From a phage, in sequence record PZ295659.1: DNA of 64,000 nt; one strand, given 5' to 3'. Position 1 is the stretch's first letter. Every line of letters begins with the position of its first letter. Positions 1 through 8,970 of this stretch are shown one piece after another. The position numbers were made by a program, and so were the translations under genes. Under the pieces are notes generated by a model, which was not told where the DNA came from, searched no databases, and was given only the letters and a program-made list of their open reading frames with translations.

Positions 1-164
1 AGCTTAACCAGAAGCTCAGCAATTTTCTCATCATCGAACACACCTTTTTCTGGCATAACATTAATGAATTCGAATGGCTGTTTCTTAACAGTCAGCAATC
101 GTTTCGCATTATCGCAATAAATGCATTTATGAATAGTAGAGTCATACCCGTACACTTTAAACAT
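1..164 (-). CDS. nrdC: Glutaredoxin/thioredoxin NrdC, 3'-truncated at window edge
   Basis: Manual translation of minus strand from ATG at 162-164: MFKVYGYDSTIHKCIYCDNAKRLLTVKKQPFEFINVMPEKGVFDDEKIAELL..., CxxC redox motif (CIYC); matches remembered T4 NrdC N-terminus; ORF runs off the window. Confidence 0.8.
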   Translation of the reverse strand, partial: MFKVYGYDSTIHKCIYCDNAKRLLTVKKQPFEFINVMPEKGVFDDEKIAELLVK

Positions 165-570
165 TATTTTTCCTTTCATCAATTAAATATGCAACGCCAA
201 ATACAATACATGTAATAAAACCTGTGATACAGATAGAAACCAACAACACTGTACCAAAGAACCAAATCAAGTTATCTTTAGTAGTTTGTTTGATATCCAT
301 CTCACGAATTTCTATAGCTATCGTATCACCTTTATTCAGAAGCGTATAAAACGATGGCGATACACGCCTGTCAAAAACTCGTCCTTGTTCATCTTTATAA
401 ACTGCAATAAATTCCAATTTAGAATATTTTCCTGTAGATTGACCTGAAATTAACTCCACTACCTCCACAGGAATTACTTTAGTTTCCATGTAAGTATTCT
501 GGCTGTTCCAAATGAATGGAATGATGGCAAAAACTAAAGCTGCAATAAAACAACGAAGGCTATATCTCAT
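157..570 (-). CDS. hypothetical membrane protein (N-terminal signal-anchor and C-terminal hydrophobic helix)
   Basis: 137-aa ORF, ATG start; hydrophobic stretches CFIAALVFAIIPFIW and LIWFFGTVLLVSICITGFITCIVFGV. Confidence 0.5.
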   Translation of the reverse strand: MRYSLRCFIAALVFAIIPFIWNSQNTYMETKVIPVEVVELISGQSTGKYSKLEFIAVYKDEQGRVFDRRVSPSFYTLLNKGDTIAIEIREMDIKQTTKDNLIWFFGTVLLVSICITGFITCIVFGVAYLIDERKNNV

Positions 571-875
571 TATAATGTTCTCTCAAATTTGTGGAAGCAT
601 TTACGGCATTTCAATTTCAAGTTATCAGTTGTCCAGTTAACCAGTTGGACTTGGATAGTTCCACATTCCGGGCATGGATGTTTTGCTGCCGATTTGGCAG
701 CATTTTCACGTCGTTCAACCATTTTCATTATTTCGTTCCATGCCGGAGGAACGAACTCTTCTTCACCGTGGATTTTATCTCGCTGAACAAATTCAATCTT
801 TGAACTATCGTCAATAAACTTAACCAAGCTGTGATTAGTGCTCATGTCAATATCCTCTAAAAGACGTAGTTTCAT
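570..875 (-). CDS. hypothetical protein with C-terminal zinc-ribbon-like Cys pairs
   Basis: 101-aa ORF; CPECG...CRKC motif; stop overlaps next start. Confidence 0.5.
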   Translation of the reverse strand: MKLRLLEDIDMSTNHSLVKFIDDSSKIEFVQRDKIHGEEEFVPPAWNEIMKMVERRENAAKSAAKHPCPECGTIQVQLVNWTTDNLKLKCRKCFHKFERTL

Positions 876-1825
876 TATAAAACCTCAATTGCATTTCGTA
901 AACCATCCGCTTTTGCATTCAGAGCTTTTAACGATTTAGTTTGTTCTGCAATCTGGGCTTCGACTTCTTTCAGACGAGATTTGAGATATTCGCGTTCTTC
1001 TCTTAAGTTATCAACTTTTTCTGCTTTAGGCTCTTTAATAGGCTTAGGCTTATACTCGTTAGGGTTCTTCAACTTAATTTGAATGCGAGAACTGTATAAC
1101 ATTGAACCATTATCTTCGGTTTCATCATACATTTCTACCACGTCCATGATTCTTAACATCATGCGAAGTTTATAAGACAGCGAACGAATGGTTTTGTTGC
1201 GCTTATTAATTTCTTCGGCTTTCATGGTACCGAGATTACGTGAGTAGTAATAAGGAACCTGGATATCAATTGACAATGATGCGTTACCATTACCAGTTGG
1301 TTTGAATACTGCAGTAACCCAATCTTTAACATGAACTTTATTTGTACGACCATCACCGCCTGTGAATAATTTACGTGAATGTTTAAAAAGCATATTCACT
1401 TGGTTATTGAATTCACAAGCAAATTTATCAGCGAATTTAGTTTCAGGAATGGTAGATAACCAATCAGCCAAATGAGTCTTTTTAACATCGTTAATAATAG
1501 TAAATTCAACCAAATCAGTTTTAGATGTCACAGATTTAATAAAGCTCGGCTTCATAAAGTTTTTAATGTTATCACGAGCTACAGTAGAAGATAATAAACG
1601 AGAACGTTTAAACCATTGAAGCAGCGTCCCTAATGAATGAGAATACGCATTCTGAGTATCTTTACAGATATGATTTTCTTGGCCTGTGTATGTACCAAAA
1701 TCGCGAAGAATACCACTTACTACAACTCGGTGTGGAACATCAAATCCTAGTGCACCAGTAGCGCGCTGAGCATGAACGTTAGCGATAAGACCTGCAAAAT
1801 AATCAATGTAATGTGAACGTGTCAT
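875..1825 (-). CDS. hypothetical protein, C-terminal coiled coil
   Basis: 316-aa ORF with ATG start, early-promoter-like element upstream (1853-1885); K/E-rich heptad-like C-terminus. Confidence 0.55.
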   Translation of the reverse strand: MTRSHYIDYFAGLIANVHAQRATGALGFDVPHRVVVSGILRDFGTYTGQENHICKDTQNAYSHSLGTLLQWFKRSRLLSSTVARDNIKNFMKPSFIKSVTSKTDLVEFTIINDVKKTHLADWLSTIPETKFADKFACEFNNQVNMLFKHSRKLFTGGDGRTNKVHVKDWVTAVFKPTGNGNASLSIDIQVPYYYSRNLGTMKAEEINKRNKTIRSLSYKLRMMLRIMDVVEMYDETEDNGSMLYSSRIQIKLKNPNEYKPKPIKEPKAEKVDNLREEREYLKSRLKEVEAQIAEQTKSLKALNAKADGLRNAIEVL

Positions 1826-1852
1826 AATATTTTCCTCTCGTTAAGATAGATT

Positions 1853-1885
1853 CATTATACTCCAACCATCCTTGGTTGTAAACTG
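1853..1885 (-). promoter_or_regulatory. T4 early-type promoter-like element (GTTTAC -35, TATAAT -10 on minus strand) with palindromic spacer CAACCAAGGATGGTTG
   Basis: Minus-strand reading GTTTAC-N18-TATAAT about 30 nt upstream of ATG at 1825. Confidence 0.5.
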
Positions 1886-1887
1886 AT

Positions 1888-2820
1888 TTATGATTTTAAT
1901 GCATTCATTGCGTTAAAAAGTTTAGAGTACTGCAACTGGAGCTTGGTAACTACTTGTTGAGCATCATGAAGCTTAGCTTGTGCTTTGTCAAGTTCAACAG
2001 ACAGTTGGTCCACAGTGGCTTTGATTTGATTATAATAGTAATCTTCTGCAGGAAGAAGACCGTTAGAGATTTCCAGTTTAGACGACGGTGTACCGTTAAA
2101 CATAACAGGTTGTGCTGAAGCTGAATTAATCTTACCGATAGTCGGGGCGACAATAATTGACGCTTCAAACGTTGCATTTTCCTTTTTAAGATTTTTATAA
2201 TATTCAGAGTCTTTGTGCCACCATGGCGCAGGAACCTTTTTACCAATAGATACACGAGCCTGGATAGCGATATGGCCCTTATTCTTGATAGGGTCGATAA
2301 TATTAAGCTCACGAGAATAAATTGCTTTAATCTGGTGGATATTATCACCTAACACTTCCAACGCTTGGTGGAATACACGAGCAACGTTATCATTCTTAGG
2401 TTTATACGTAAGAGTGAACTCGTTCTCACTGATAACCATGATTTCTAACTTATCGTAAGTATATTTCAAATGTTTCATGTTAATTGCTTGAGGACGAATA
2501 CGAGAAGCAATGGCCATCAGATTGTTAAGGTTATTCCGGAACTGCTTAGCGAAATATTGTCCTTCACCACCAATACAAAAATTACGAAGTTTCTGTTTGG
2601 CTAATAAACGGCTGAACTCACCATTTTTAATGAACTCTTTAACGGGTGTGTTAGTAACGCATTCAAATTGAGTAAACTTACGAGAAGTAATCCCATAATA
2701 TGAACAGATTTCCTCAATCTCTTCAGGAGTCTTTACAGGCATACGGATAGGATTAGGACCTGGGGTATATGCGTTAGAGGTAAATTCTTTGATAAGTTCT
2801 CTACGTGTAATAGAAGCCAT
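1888..2820 (-). CDS. hypothetical protein, C-terminal coiled coil
   Basis: 310-aa ORF, ATG start; own promoter-like element upstream. Confidence 0.55.
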   Translation of the reverse strand: MASITRRELIKEFTSNAYTPGPNPIRMPVKTPEEIEEICSYYGITSRKFTQFECVTNTPVKEFIKNGEFSRLLAKQKLRNFCIGGEGQYFAKQFRNNLNNLMAIASRIRPQAINMKHLKYTYDKLEIMVISENEFTLTYKPKNDNVARVFHQALEVLGDNIHQIKAIYSRELNIIDPIKNKGHIAIQARVSIGKKVPAPWWHKDSEYYKNLKKENATFEASIIVAPTIGKINSASAQPVMFNGTPSSKLEISNGLLPAEDYYYNQIKATVDQLSVELDKAQAKLHDAQQVVTKLQLQYSKLFNAMNALKS

Positions 2821-2844
2821 TTTATATTCCTCATGTTGAAAAAT

Positions 2845-2876
2845 TTATTATACTCCAACCATCCTTGGTTGTACAT
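2845..2876 (-). promoter_or_regulatory. early/middle promoter-like element (TATAAT -10; same palindromic spacer as 1853-1885)
   Basis: Near-duplicate of the 1853-1885 element (tattatactccaaccatccttggttgta). Confidence 0.4.
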
Positions 2877-3871
2877 CATTCCTTAAGAAGTTTTACTACT
2901 TGAATAAGATTAGCTCGTTCTGTTTTATTTTTACCATTTAAGCCTGCTAATCGTGAGATTTCATCGTCAGTTTGTTGAATAGTTACATTAAGTTCGTTAA
3001 TCAAAGCTTCAAAGTATTTGATTTGCTCAGCATGTTTTGATTCAAATTTCTGAACCGGAATAACGTCTTGGTTTAGTTCATCAATAAGGTCTTTAAGAGC
3101 ATCTTCTTGGTTGATGTCATATTCAACTTCTTTTATTTCTTCAACGAGCTCGTCTTTATATCTAACGTCTTTTAGTCCTGGTGCTGGTCCTGAAATCTCT
3201 TCTTTAAGAGTACAAACATATCCAATACGATATCCAATGCCGTCTCGCTTGATAACAACTTCGTCAATAAATCCACAATGTTTAAGACCAGAGCCGATTA
3301 AGTCAAAATATCCTTGACGTCGTCCTTCAAACGTTACACGAACTACTAAGACAGTTTTACCTGCAACCTTTTGAAGCTCACATTTATAAAAGTCTGTTGA
3401 ACCTGAATAACGTGGATGAGTTTTAAAGTTCATCTGACGATCTAGGCCCATTTGTAAGCGTGCTGATACGGCCATAAAACGTGTTTGGTTCTCGTTAAGA
3501 TGAGCAACAATCCATTTCAAAGGCATTTTACCTTGTTCACGACCGAACAAATCAGTATATCCTAGATTACGCAGGATGTTGTTAGAGTTAATCATCGACA
3601 GAACGTTAAGTTTATTCAGCGCGCTGAAGATTCCATCAGCCATTGATTTTCCGTAACCTTTACACGCTTTAATAAGCGCTCGCGGTAGATTAGTATAGAT
3701 TTCAGACGGCATATGAAAATCAAATTTACTAGTCAGTAATTGATGGACTTGGATAGCAATTTGCTCATAATTAAGTGCTCTGCGATCATTATGGTCTTTA
3801 AACCACACTTTAATCTGTGAAGCACATAAACCGTTAATTTCATGTTTTACCGCATCAGATGTAATGCTCAT
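2876..3871 (-). CDS. hypothetical protein, C-terminal coiled coil
   Basis: 331-aa ORF, ATG start. Confidence 0.55.
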   Translation of the reverse strand: MSITSDAVKHEINGLCASQIKVWFKDHNDRRALNYEQIAIQVHQLLTSKFDFHMPSEIYTNLPRALIKACKGYGKSMADGIFSALNKLNVLSMINSNNILRNLGYTDLFGREQGKMPLKWIVAHLNENQTRFMAVSARLQMGLDRQMNFKTHPRYSGSTDFYKCELQKVAGKTVLVVRVTFEGRRQGYFDLIGSGLKHCGFIDEVVIKRDGIGYRIGYVCTLKEEISGPAPGLKDVRYKDELVEEIKEVEYDINQEDALKDLIDELNQDVIPVQKFESKHAEQIKYFEALINELNVTIQQTDDEISRLAGLNGKNKTERANLIQVVKLLKE

Positions 3872-3933
3872 AACTATTTCCTCAGATTGAATTGGAACTC
3901 AAAACCATTATAACCCGTCCTTGGGTAAAGCGT

Positions 3934-4461
3934 TTATGCGTGAACCGTCTTTAAACGTTCTTCAAATTTCCGAAGAGTACTAATACGTTCTGCTTTCTGT
4001 TTTGTATAGTTTGCAATACGTTCTGAAGTGAGAGCGTATCGTTCGTTTACTGTTTCTTTCATGAAGTCAGGGATTTCACGAGAAGCTTTAATTTCATCAA
4101 ACTTATCGAGTACTGCCTGGTCTTCAGCGATTAAATTTTCATACATCTCGATATCTTTCTTGATAAACTCGATATCTTCCTGGGTTACTTTGGATAAACG
4201 AGATGCTTTATCCTTTTTGTACTGCTCGTTAGTTTCACGAGACCAGAATAATGTACGTTTTTTGTTAGTGTTTTTGTAGACTTCCACAATTCCAACTGAA
4301 TCGATGATAGCAATCCAATTCCAGCGAGATTTGAAAATCTGACCTCCGTCCACGGTAATCTCGTTACCATAAGCAATGTCATTAAAGAACTTGCTTTGTG
4401 CTTCAGATTTAAATTTACCGTCGTTATAATTTACCAGGTTGAAAATATCTTTAGCGTTCAT
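3934..4461 (-). CDS. hypothetical protein
   Basis: 175-aa ORF, ATG start, promoter-like element immediately upstream. Confidence 0.5.
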   Translation of the reverse strand: MNAKDIFNLVNYNDGKFKSEAQSKFFNDIAYGNEITVDGGQIFKSRWNWIAIIDSVGIVEVYKNTNKKRTLFWSRETNEQYKKDKASRLSKVTQEDIEFIKKDIEMYENLIAEDQAVLDKFDEIKASREIPDFMKETVNERYALTSERIANYTKQKAERISTLRKFEERLKTVHA

Positions 4462-4482
4462 GTTTTACCTCCAGTAGTTGAT

Positions 4483-4517
4483 AGGTCTATAATAACATAA
4501 CCATAGACCTTGTAAAC
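4483..4517 (-). promoter_or_regulatory. T4 early-type promoter-like element with flanking inverted repeat AGGTCTAT/ATAGACCT
   Basis: gtaaac (-35 complement) at 4512-4517, tctataataac -10 region; 8-bp inverted-repeat arms at 4483-4508. Confidence 0.45.
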
Positions 4518-4519
4518 AA

Positions 4520-4807
4520 CTAAAAGAAACTTTTTTCGGTATTTTTTCCACTGAACCAAACCGATTTCGGAATTTTCTGTGATTTTTCAGATTTAAGTTT
4601 CTCTTCCTGTTCTTTCTTATATGCATCCTTGTCGTACTGGAACAACTCTAGGGCATTCTTTTGTAGACGGTCTAAGGTAATTAAGGCTTTAGTTTTTCCT
4701 TTCAAGGAAGAGTCCTGGCGAACCTCCTCGCTATATTGCATCGTAGAACTAACCATACGATGAGCATAGAGTTCTACTGCGGCTTTAATTTTTTGCATAA
4801 AATCCAT
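4520..4807 (-). CDS. hypothetical protein
   Basis: 95-aa ORF, ATG start. Confidence 0.4.
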   Translation of the reverse strand: MDFMQKIKAAVELYAHRMVSSTMQYSEEVRQDSSLKGKTKALITLDRLQKNALELFQYDKDAYKKEQEEKLKSEKSQKIPKSVWFSGKNTEKSFF

Positions 4808-4945
4808 AACATATCCTCTTTGATTTGTACATCATTATTTTTAAATATTTCTATGCCCTCAGTAGGTTCCTGGTGTCCTTCTTTGAGGTAAGCCATATGA
4901 TTATTCATCTTTATGGCTTTTGTTACCTCAGAACTTCCTATAAGC

Positions 4946-5947
4946 TTATTTCAGTAAAGTAACTTCAGAGATTTCCTCCCAACCATCTTTATCAGTTGAA
5001 ATAAAATCTGCTACATAAAGAGCCGTACGTAATGATACATTGCGAAGACGAGATACGTTAGCCTTCATCCAGGACAATGCTTTATACGTTTCTGCATCTG
5101 TCAGACCACGTTTCTGCATCATGTCAGTAGATAATATTACATCTTCAACTCGAACCATAATCTCTTCATTAGAGTGTACTCCAAGGTCGAGATACACTGA
5201 ACGAGATACTAAAGCTTGAAGGTGTGGGGCAAGTTTCGAACCGCGTTCTAACTCTTTATCGATATCAACGTTTGTAATGAAAACGATAGTACCTTCAAAC
5301 TCAAATTCTTTATCAATACCCTTATCATCGAGATAAGATGACGCAGTGCTCCAGCAAACTTTGCGTTTATCTCCGGTATCTAATGCTGCTTTAAGAAGGT
5401 TCAAGATGTCCATATCTGAGAATACGTCAACGTCGTCGATTAAGAGAACGCTGTCTGCATCACGGTTGAGCCAAAGTTGTTCGTAAAGACCAATACCAGA
5501 GATTTTACCATTAATGCTTTTGTATTTGATGAAACCGTTATCATTAGCATTATTAAGCGCTTTATCCAGAGAATACGTCTTACCAATACCTGCTGCACCT
5601 GAAATAATGAGTGAACGAATTTTGCCATCGATAATGCCATTCGTCATCATGTTCATTACTTTAAAGCGTTTGTTGATACGAGTTTTCATATCTTCAGTGC
5701 TTTCAACAACTGCAACTGGTGATGTCTCAGCTCCTTCCATTATGATGTCTGATTTGAAGACCCATACTCCACGTTCAGAACCATCGATCATAACGAAAAT
5801 TTTACCGTCACCTAAGTGGGAACATTCAGGATTAAGCTTTGCCGGGAACCATGTCTTTGTGGCAACATAAGAACCAGAGATTTCGTTATTACGATAGATA
5901 CCTTTTTTGATTTGAACGTTGAACATTTTATTCTCCAATTTACTCAT
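4946..5947 (-). CDS. P-loop ATPase (Walker A GAAGIGKT, Walker B LLIDDVD) with ~110-aa N-terminal domain
   Basis: 333-aa ORF; motifs read directly from translation. Confidence 0.6.
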   Translation of the reverse strand: MSKLENKMFNVQIKKGIYRNNEISGSYVATKTWFPAKLNPECSHLGDGKIFVMIDGSERGVWVFKSDIIMEGAETSPVAVVESTEDMKTRINKRFKVMNMMTNGIIDGKIRSLIISGAAGIGKTYSLDKALNNANDNGFIKYKSINGKISGIGLYEQLWLNRDADSVLLIDDVDVFSDMDILNLLKAALDTGDKRKVCWSTASSYLDDKGIDKEFEFEGTIVFITNVDIDKELERGSKLAPHLQALVSRSVYLDLGVHSNEEIMVRVEDVILSTDMMQKRGLTDAETYKALSWMKANVSRLRNVSLRTALYVADFISTDKDGWEEISEVTLLK

Positions 5948-5959
5948 TTCGTTTCGATA

Positions 5960-5993
5960 GGTCTATAATAACATGTTTAAAGCAAAAGTAAAC
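5960..5993 (-). promoter_or_regulatory. early/middle promoter-like element (GTTTAC plus MotA-box-like TGCTTTA, TATTAT -10)
   Basis: Minus-strand GTTTACttttGCTTTAaacatgtTATTATAG upstream of ATG at 5947. Confidence 0.45.
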
Positions 5994-5995
5994 AA

Positions 5996-6214
5996 TTATT
6001 TGCGACGAGATTTTTTGGTAAGAGGTTGAAAGAACACTGCTTTACCTGCAGGAGTCAAAGTAACTCGTAATGCATTACCGATTCCCAAGGATGCTTTAAC
6101 AAGACCTTTAGATTTCAGTTCACCGAATGCTTGACGTTGGTCTGCATCACGAGTGTTAACCATAAGACCTTTATCACCAGCTTCACGAATCATTTCTAAC
6201 ATTTTGGTTTTCAT
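5996..6214 (-). CDS. hypothetical small protein
   Basis: Start moved to ATG at 6214 (MKTKMLEM...), because the longer track ORF overlaps the upstream promoter-like element. Confidence 0.4.
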   Translation of the reverse strand: MKTKMLEMIREAGDKGLMVNTRDADQRQAFGELKSKGLVKASLGIGNALRVTLTPAGKAVFFQPLTKKSRRK

Positions 6215-6235
6215 TTTGTTCTCCTCTTGTTTTGA

Positions 6236-6271
6236 TAGGTCTATAATAACATATCCTAAAAGCATGTACAC
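6236..6271 (-). promoter_or_regulatory. middle-promoter-like element (MotA-box-like TGCTTTTA, TATTAT -10)
   Basis: Minus-strand GTACATGCTTTTAggatatgtTATTATAGACCTATC upstream of ATG 6214. Confidence 0.35.
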
Positions 6272-6298
6272 TACTTTTTAAAAATATTTTGACCCCCT

Positions 6299-6317
6299 AA
6301 AGGGCCCGAAGGCCCTT
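6299..6317 (-). terminator. stem-loop GGGCC-TTCG-GGCCC directly after stop of the nucleotidyltransferase-like gene; weak U-tail
   Basis: Perfect hairpin; same stem sequence as the hairpin after wac at 47343-47356. Confidence 0.4.
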
Positions 6318-6318
6318 A

Positions 6319-7308
6319 TCATTTATAGTATGAATTGTGGTTTTCTAAGTAGACTTGCTCAAGGAAGTCATCCCAGAAACTCATATCTACTTTTTGCTGC
6401 ATACCATTCTTGGCAGCTTGTTCTGATGCTTGTTCAACTTGGTCAACGATATCTTCTAGGAATTCTTGTACAGTTTTAAATGTATGTTTACCAAGCTTAA
6501 CATCGAGAATAAATGGAGCATCCTGAAGTGGGTAAACCAGGTCGCCTGTTTTGTAAATTTCCAATAATTGAAGTCCACCACGACATGCATGACTCAATGC
6601 TTTCCAGTCAATACCTTCGTTAGCTTCTGCCTTACGAGCACGTTCACCATAGTTCTCTTCCAGTTTAACTAGGATGGCATTGAACTCTTTATTGGTTAAC
6701 GTGTCTTGGAATTTACGGTCTAACAGATTATAGAATGTTTGCTTACCTGTTTTCTCGTTTTCAGTTTCAACCCACGAAGCAAATTCACCTACAGGCAGAA
6801 CATTCTTCATATGTGATAAACGAATTACTGCACCATTATCAAAGTATTGTCCCCATTCGTTAGAACGTTTAAGGGCTTGACGAAGAACAGCCAGTCGAGA
6901 ACCCTTGACACCGTATTTAGAAGCTTGCTTACGGACATACCCTAAATAAGATTTCATGTTAGTAGTATAGAAACGAGACCTGTTATCTTGAATATACTTC
7001 CATACATCAGGCAAATCAGATTTAACTACTAAACTTGGTGGAGTGTGAAGCATATCTAATGCGACGGTTTCACCATCCGCAGCTAGTTTAAAGAAATATT
7101 TGAGACTATACAACTCATGGTCAACGTCGTCTTTTGTGTTCTTAGAAGATGTGTTATTCGTGTTCTTGCTCATGTGTTCTTTAACGTTACCGGTCAAGAT
7201 GTCACGAGCATGAGGGACATAAATTTCTTTAAAATCAACGTCAGATTCAGGAGTAGACGTTCCATAAAGGTGGCTACCAAAGTAGCCTTTCATAATTGTT
7301 TTCATCAT
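6319..7308 (-). CDS. nucleotidyltransferase-fold protein (pol-beta-like GS...DxD motif)
   Basis: N-terminus YFGSHLYGTSTPESDVDF fits the hG[GS]-x10-DhD minimal NTase signature; 329 aa. Confidence 0.5.
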   Translation of the reverse strand: MMKTIMKGYFGSHLYGTSTPESDVDFKEIYVPHARDILTGNVKEHMSKNTNNTSSKNTKDDVDHELYSLKYFFKLAADGETVALDMLHTPPSLVVKSDLPDVWKYIQDNRSRFYTTNMKSYLGYVRKQASKYGVKGSRLAVLRQALKRSNEWGQYFDNGAVIRLSHMKNVLPVGEFASWVETENEKTGKQTFYNLLDRKFQDTLTNKEFNAILVKLEENYGERARKAEANEGIDWKALSHACRGGLQLLEIYKTGDLVYPLQDAPFILDVKLGKHTFKTVQEFLEDIVDQVEQASEQAAKNGMQQKVDMSFWDDFLEQVYLENHNSYYK

Positions 7309-7778
7309 TTAGCCTTATATTCAAGAGTAGGACAGACTTTTTCTTTACGAGCTTTAAGGTATTCGCCTATTAATGATTTCTTACGTTCAATAGGCTCAAG
7401 TCCATTTTTAATTCGTTCTTGGTTTTGCGCAATGAGCTCAATTTCTTTATAATATTTTCTGTCGTTATATTTGTCTAACAACCAAGACGGACCAATTATC
7501 AACCCGGCAGAAATAAAAGCCATGACTGATACCATTAAAATGCCTACGCCAATTGAGGCTGGAACTAATGTCCATAGACTGCTAAAAACAAAGAATCTAG
7601 TTAAAATTTCCTGGCCAATGATTACGACTGCTGCTAAAATAGCAAATCCGATAATTGAAACAGACAATACCGGGATTAACGTTTTCCAAAAATAAGCACA
7701 CAACGTTTTAGGGCGATTCCATGTACTATTGAACGCGGCATAAATTTTAAAGTGCCAAGAGTTTTCATTGATAATCAT
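7305..7778 (-). CDS. hypothetical integral membrane protein
   Basis: 157-aa ORF with at least three hydrophobic helices; stop overlaps NTase start (ATGA). Confidence 0.5.
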   Translation of the reverse strand: MIINENSWHFKIYAAFNSTWNRPKTLCAYFWKTLIPVLSVSIIGFAILAAVVIIGQEILTRFFVFSSLWTLVPASIGVGILMVSVMAFISAGLIIGPSWLLDKYNDRKYYKEIELIAQNQERIKNGLEPIERKKSLIGEYLKARKEKVCPTLEYKAK

Positions 7779-7787
7779 AATAATTCC

Positions 7788-8318
7788 TTATTTCAAAGTC
7801 GGGATAATGGAATCAAGATAAGCTTTAAGAGCAACTGCTTCATCTTTGTCTAATGTAACGATATGTTGACGAAGGTCATCAATTTGACGAATAACTACGA
7901 CATCACCATCTTCATAAGAAGGATTAACGCCTAGGACTGTTGTATAGTCAGGGCGGTCCTGATTTGTAATAAAAGCATTACGGCATTTAGCCCATTGAAG
8001 TTTGGCCTTTTTGGCTGTTTCAGATTCCACGAATTCTTTCACCTTAGTGACGAATGTTTTCCAATTATTAATAGAAAAACATTCGTCTTCAGTTTCGATA
8101 TTAACCCCACTATAAAGTCCACGATAAAAACGAACTTGAAGGTCTTCGTCAATGTTAATTACAGATGCATGGCCCGGTGGATTGAGTTTCAAAATCTTGT
8201 CCAGTTCCATAGGAAGAATAGTAACCGCATCATCTTCTTGCGTCAGAACGTAAGCACAACCACGTTTTTCTATACATAAATCACCAAACAACTCAGTCGT
8301 TTCAATTACAGTTTTCAT
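7788..8318 (-). CDS. hypothetical protein
   Basis: Track start at 8330 is TTG; ATG at 8316-8318 (MKTVIETT...) preferred. Confidence 0.5.
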   Translation of the reverse strand: MKTVIETTELFGDLCIEKRGCAYVLTQEDDAVTILPMELDKILKLNPPGHASVINIDEDLQVRFYRGLYSGVNIETEDECFSINNWKTFVTKVKEFVESETAKKAKLQWAKCRNAFITNQDRPDYTTVLGVNPSYEDGDVVVIRQIDDLRQHIVTLDKDEAVALKAYLDSIIPTLK

Positions 8319-8319
8319 A

Positions 8320-8499
8320 TTATTCACCAATTAAAGTTTCAACAAAATTCACCAAAGCATTCTGGCAAGCATCAACCTGATTTTCATAAAAGTCTCCGTT
8401 ATCATTTACCGCATGATAAGCTACATCATTCAAATCTGAATCGGCTTCACGTAAGTCACGGATAAGGTCCATCAATTTATTAGCTTGTTCACGGGTCAT
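8320..8499 (-). CDS. hypothetical small acidic protein (59 aa)
   Basis: Manual translation MTREQANKLMDLIRDLREADSDLNDVAYHAVNDNGDFYENQVDACQNALVNFVETLIGE; below track size cutoff. Confidence 0.3.
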   Translation of the reverse strand: MTREQANKLMDLIRDLREADSDLNDVAYHAVNDNGDFYENQVDACQNALVNFVETLIGE

Positions 8500-8623
8500 T
8501 TTACCATACTCGTTTCAATAAGATTCACTATGCCGTTTACCATGTTATAAGTAAACATCGGATAATTGTATTGTACTACAACATAAGCGATAAGCAAAAG
8601 TTTCATTTTGTTCTCCATTTGTT

Positions 8624-8664
8624 TTGGTAGGATTACTATATCATAGTCCTACCAAGACGTAAAC
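8624..8664 (-). promoter_or_regulatory. early-promoter-like element with near-perfect palindrome TTGGTAGGA...TCCTACCAA
   Basis: gtaaac at 8659-8664; inverted repeat 8624-8655. Confidence 0.35.
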
Positions 8665-8879
8665 TACCGATTGTGTTTTAAAATACTATAAAGAGCTTCT
8701 ACTTGGCTTGCATCCAGGTAAATAACAACATCATCTTGCTCAATGGAAATTCCGCCAGTATTACCTTCAACGAAATTACATTCGCATACTTCAACGGTGC
8801 GATATACATCACCAACTGGATGCTCAGGCTCCAGAACAATCACACCATCTTCAGAACAACCGCTTGGGTCATATAACAT
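8664..8879 (-). CDS. hypothetical small protein, paralog of 8971-9135
   Basis: Track start is TTG; ATG at 8879 with GAGGAA SD gives MLYDPSGCSEDGVIVLEPE..., sharing the MLYDxxGxSEDGV motif with the next ORF. Confidence 0.4.
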   Translation of the reverse strand: MLYDPSGCSEDGVIVLEPEHPVGDVYRTVEVCECNFVEGNTGGISIEQDDVVIYLDASQVEALYSILKHNR

Positions 8880-8970
8880 TACAGTTTCCTCGCTAACCAT
8901 GAAAAGAATAAACCAATTAAAACAGGTCCTACAGCCATTGTTAACCAAGCCCAAGGTTCAAGATAATAAA

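Noticed and set aside
589-803. Plus-strand ORFs 589-786 and 591-803 overlapping the minus-strand zinc-ribbon gene
   Set aside because: Antisense to a better-supported gene, low-complexity translation, no RBS; typical shadow ORFs. The same applies to other antisense track ORFs such as 1950-2348, 5514-5870, 13271-13542, 23215-23523, 45247-45693, 53042-53272 and 58020-58364.
7788-8330. ORF-track start codons that are TTG or GTG (also at 8954, 9361, 10953, 11156, 17624, 22499, 23055, 23692, 27638, 30312, 63560)
   Set aside because: Checked by reverse-complementing the start codon; where an in-frame ATG with a Shine-Dalgarno sequence lies a few codons downstream, that start was preferred. Exceptions kept as non-ATG: gene 53 (TTG) and the macro-domain gene.
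8499-8606. Possible 35-aa hydrophobic micro-ORF (MKLLLIAYVVVQYNYPMFTYNMVNGIVNLIETSMVK) upstream of the 8320-8499 ORF
   Set aside because: Too short and without a clear RBS; could equally be leader sequence. Not annotated.
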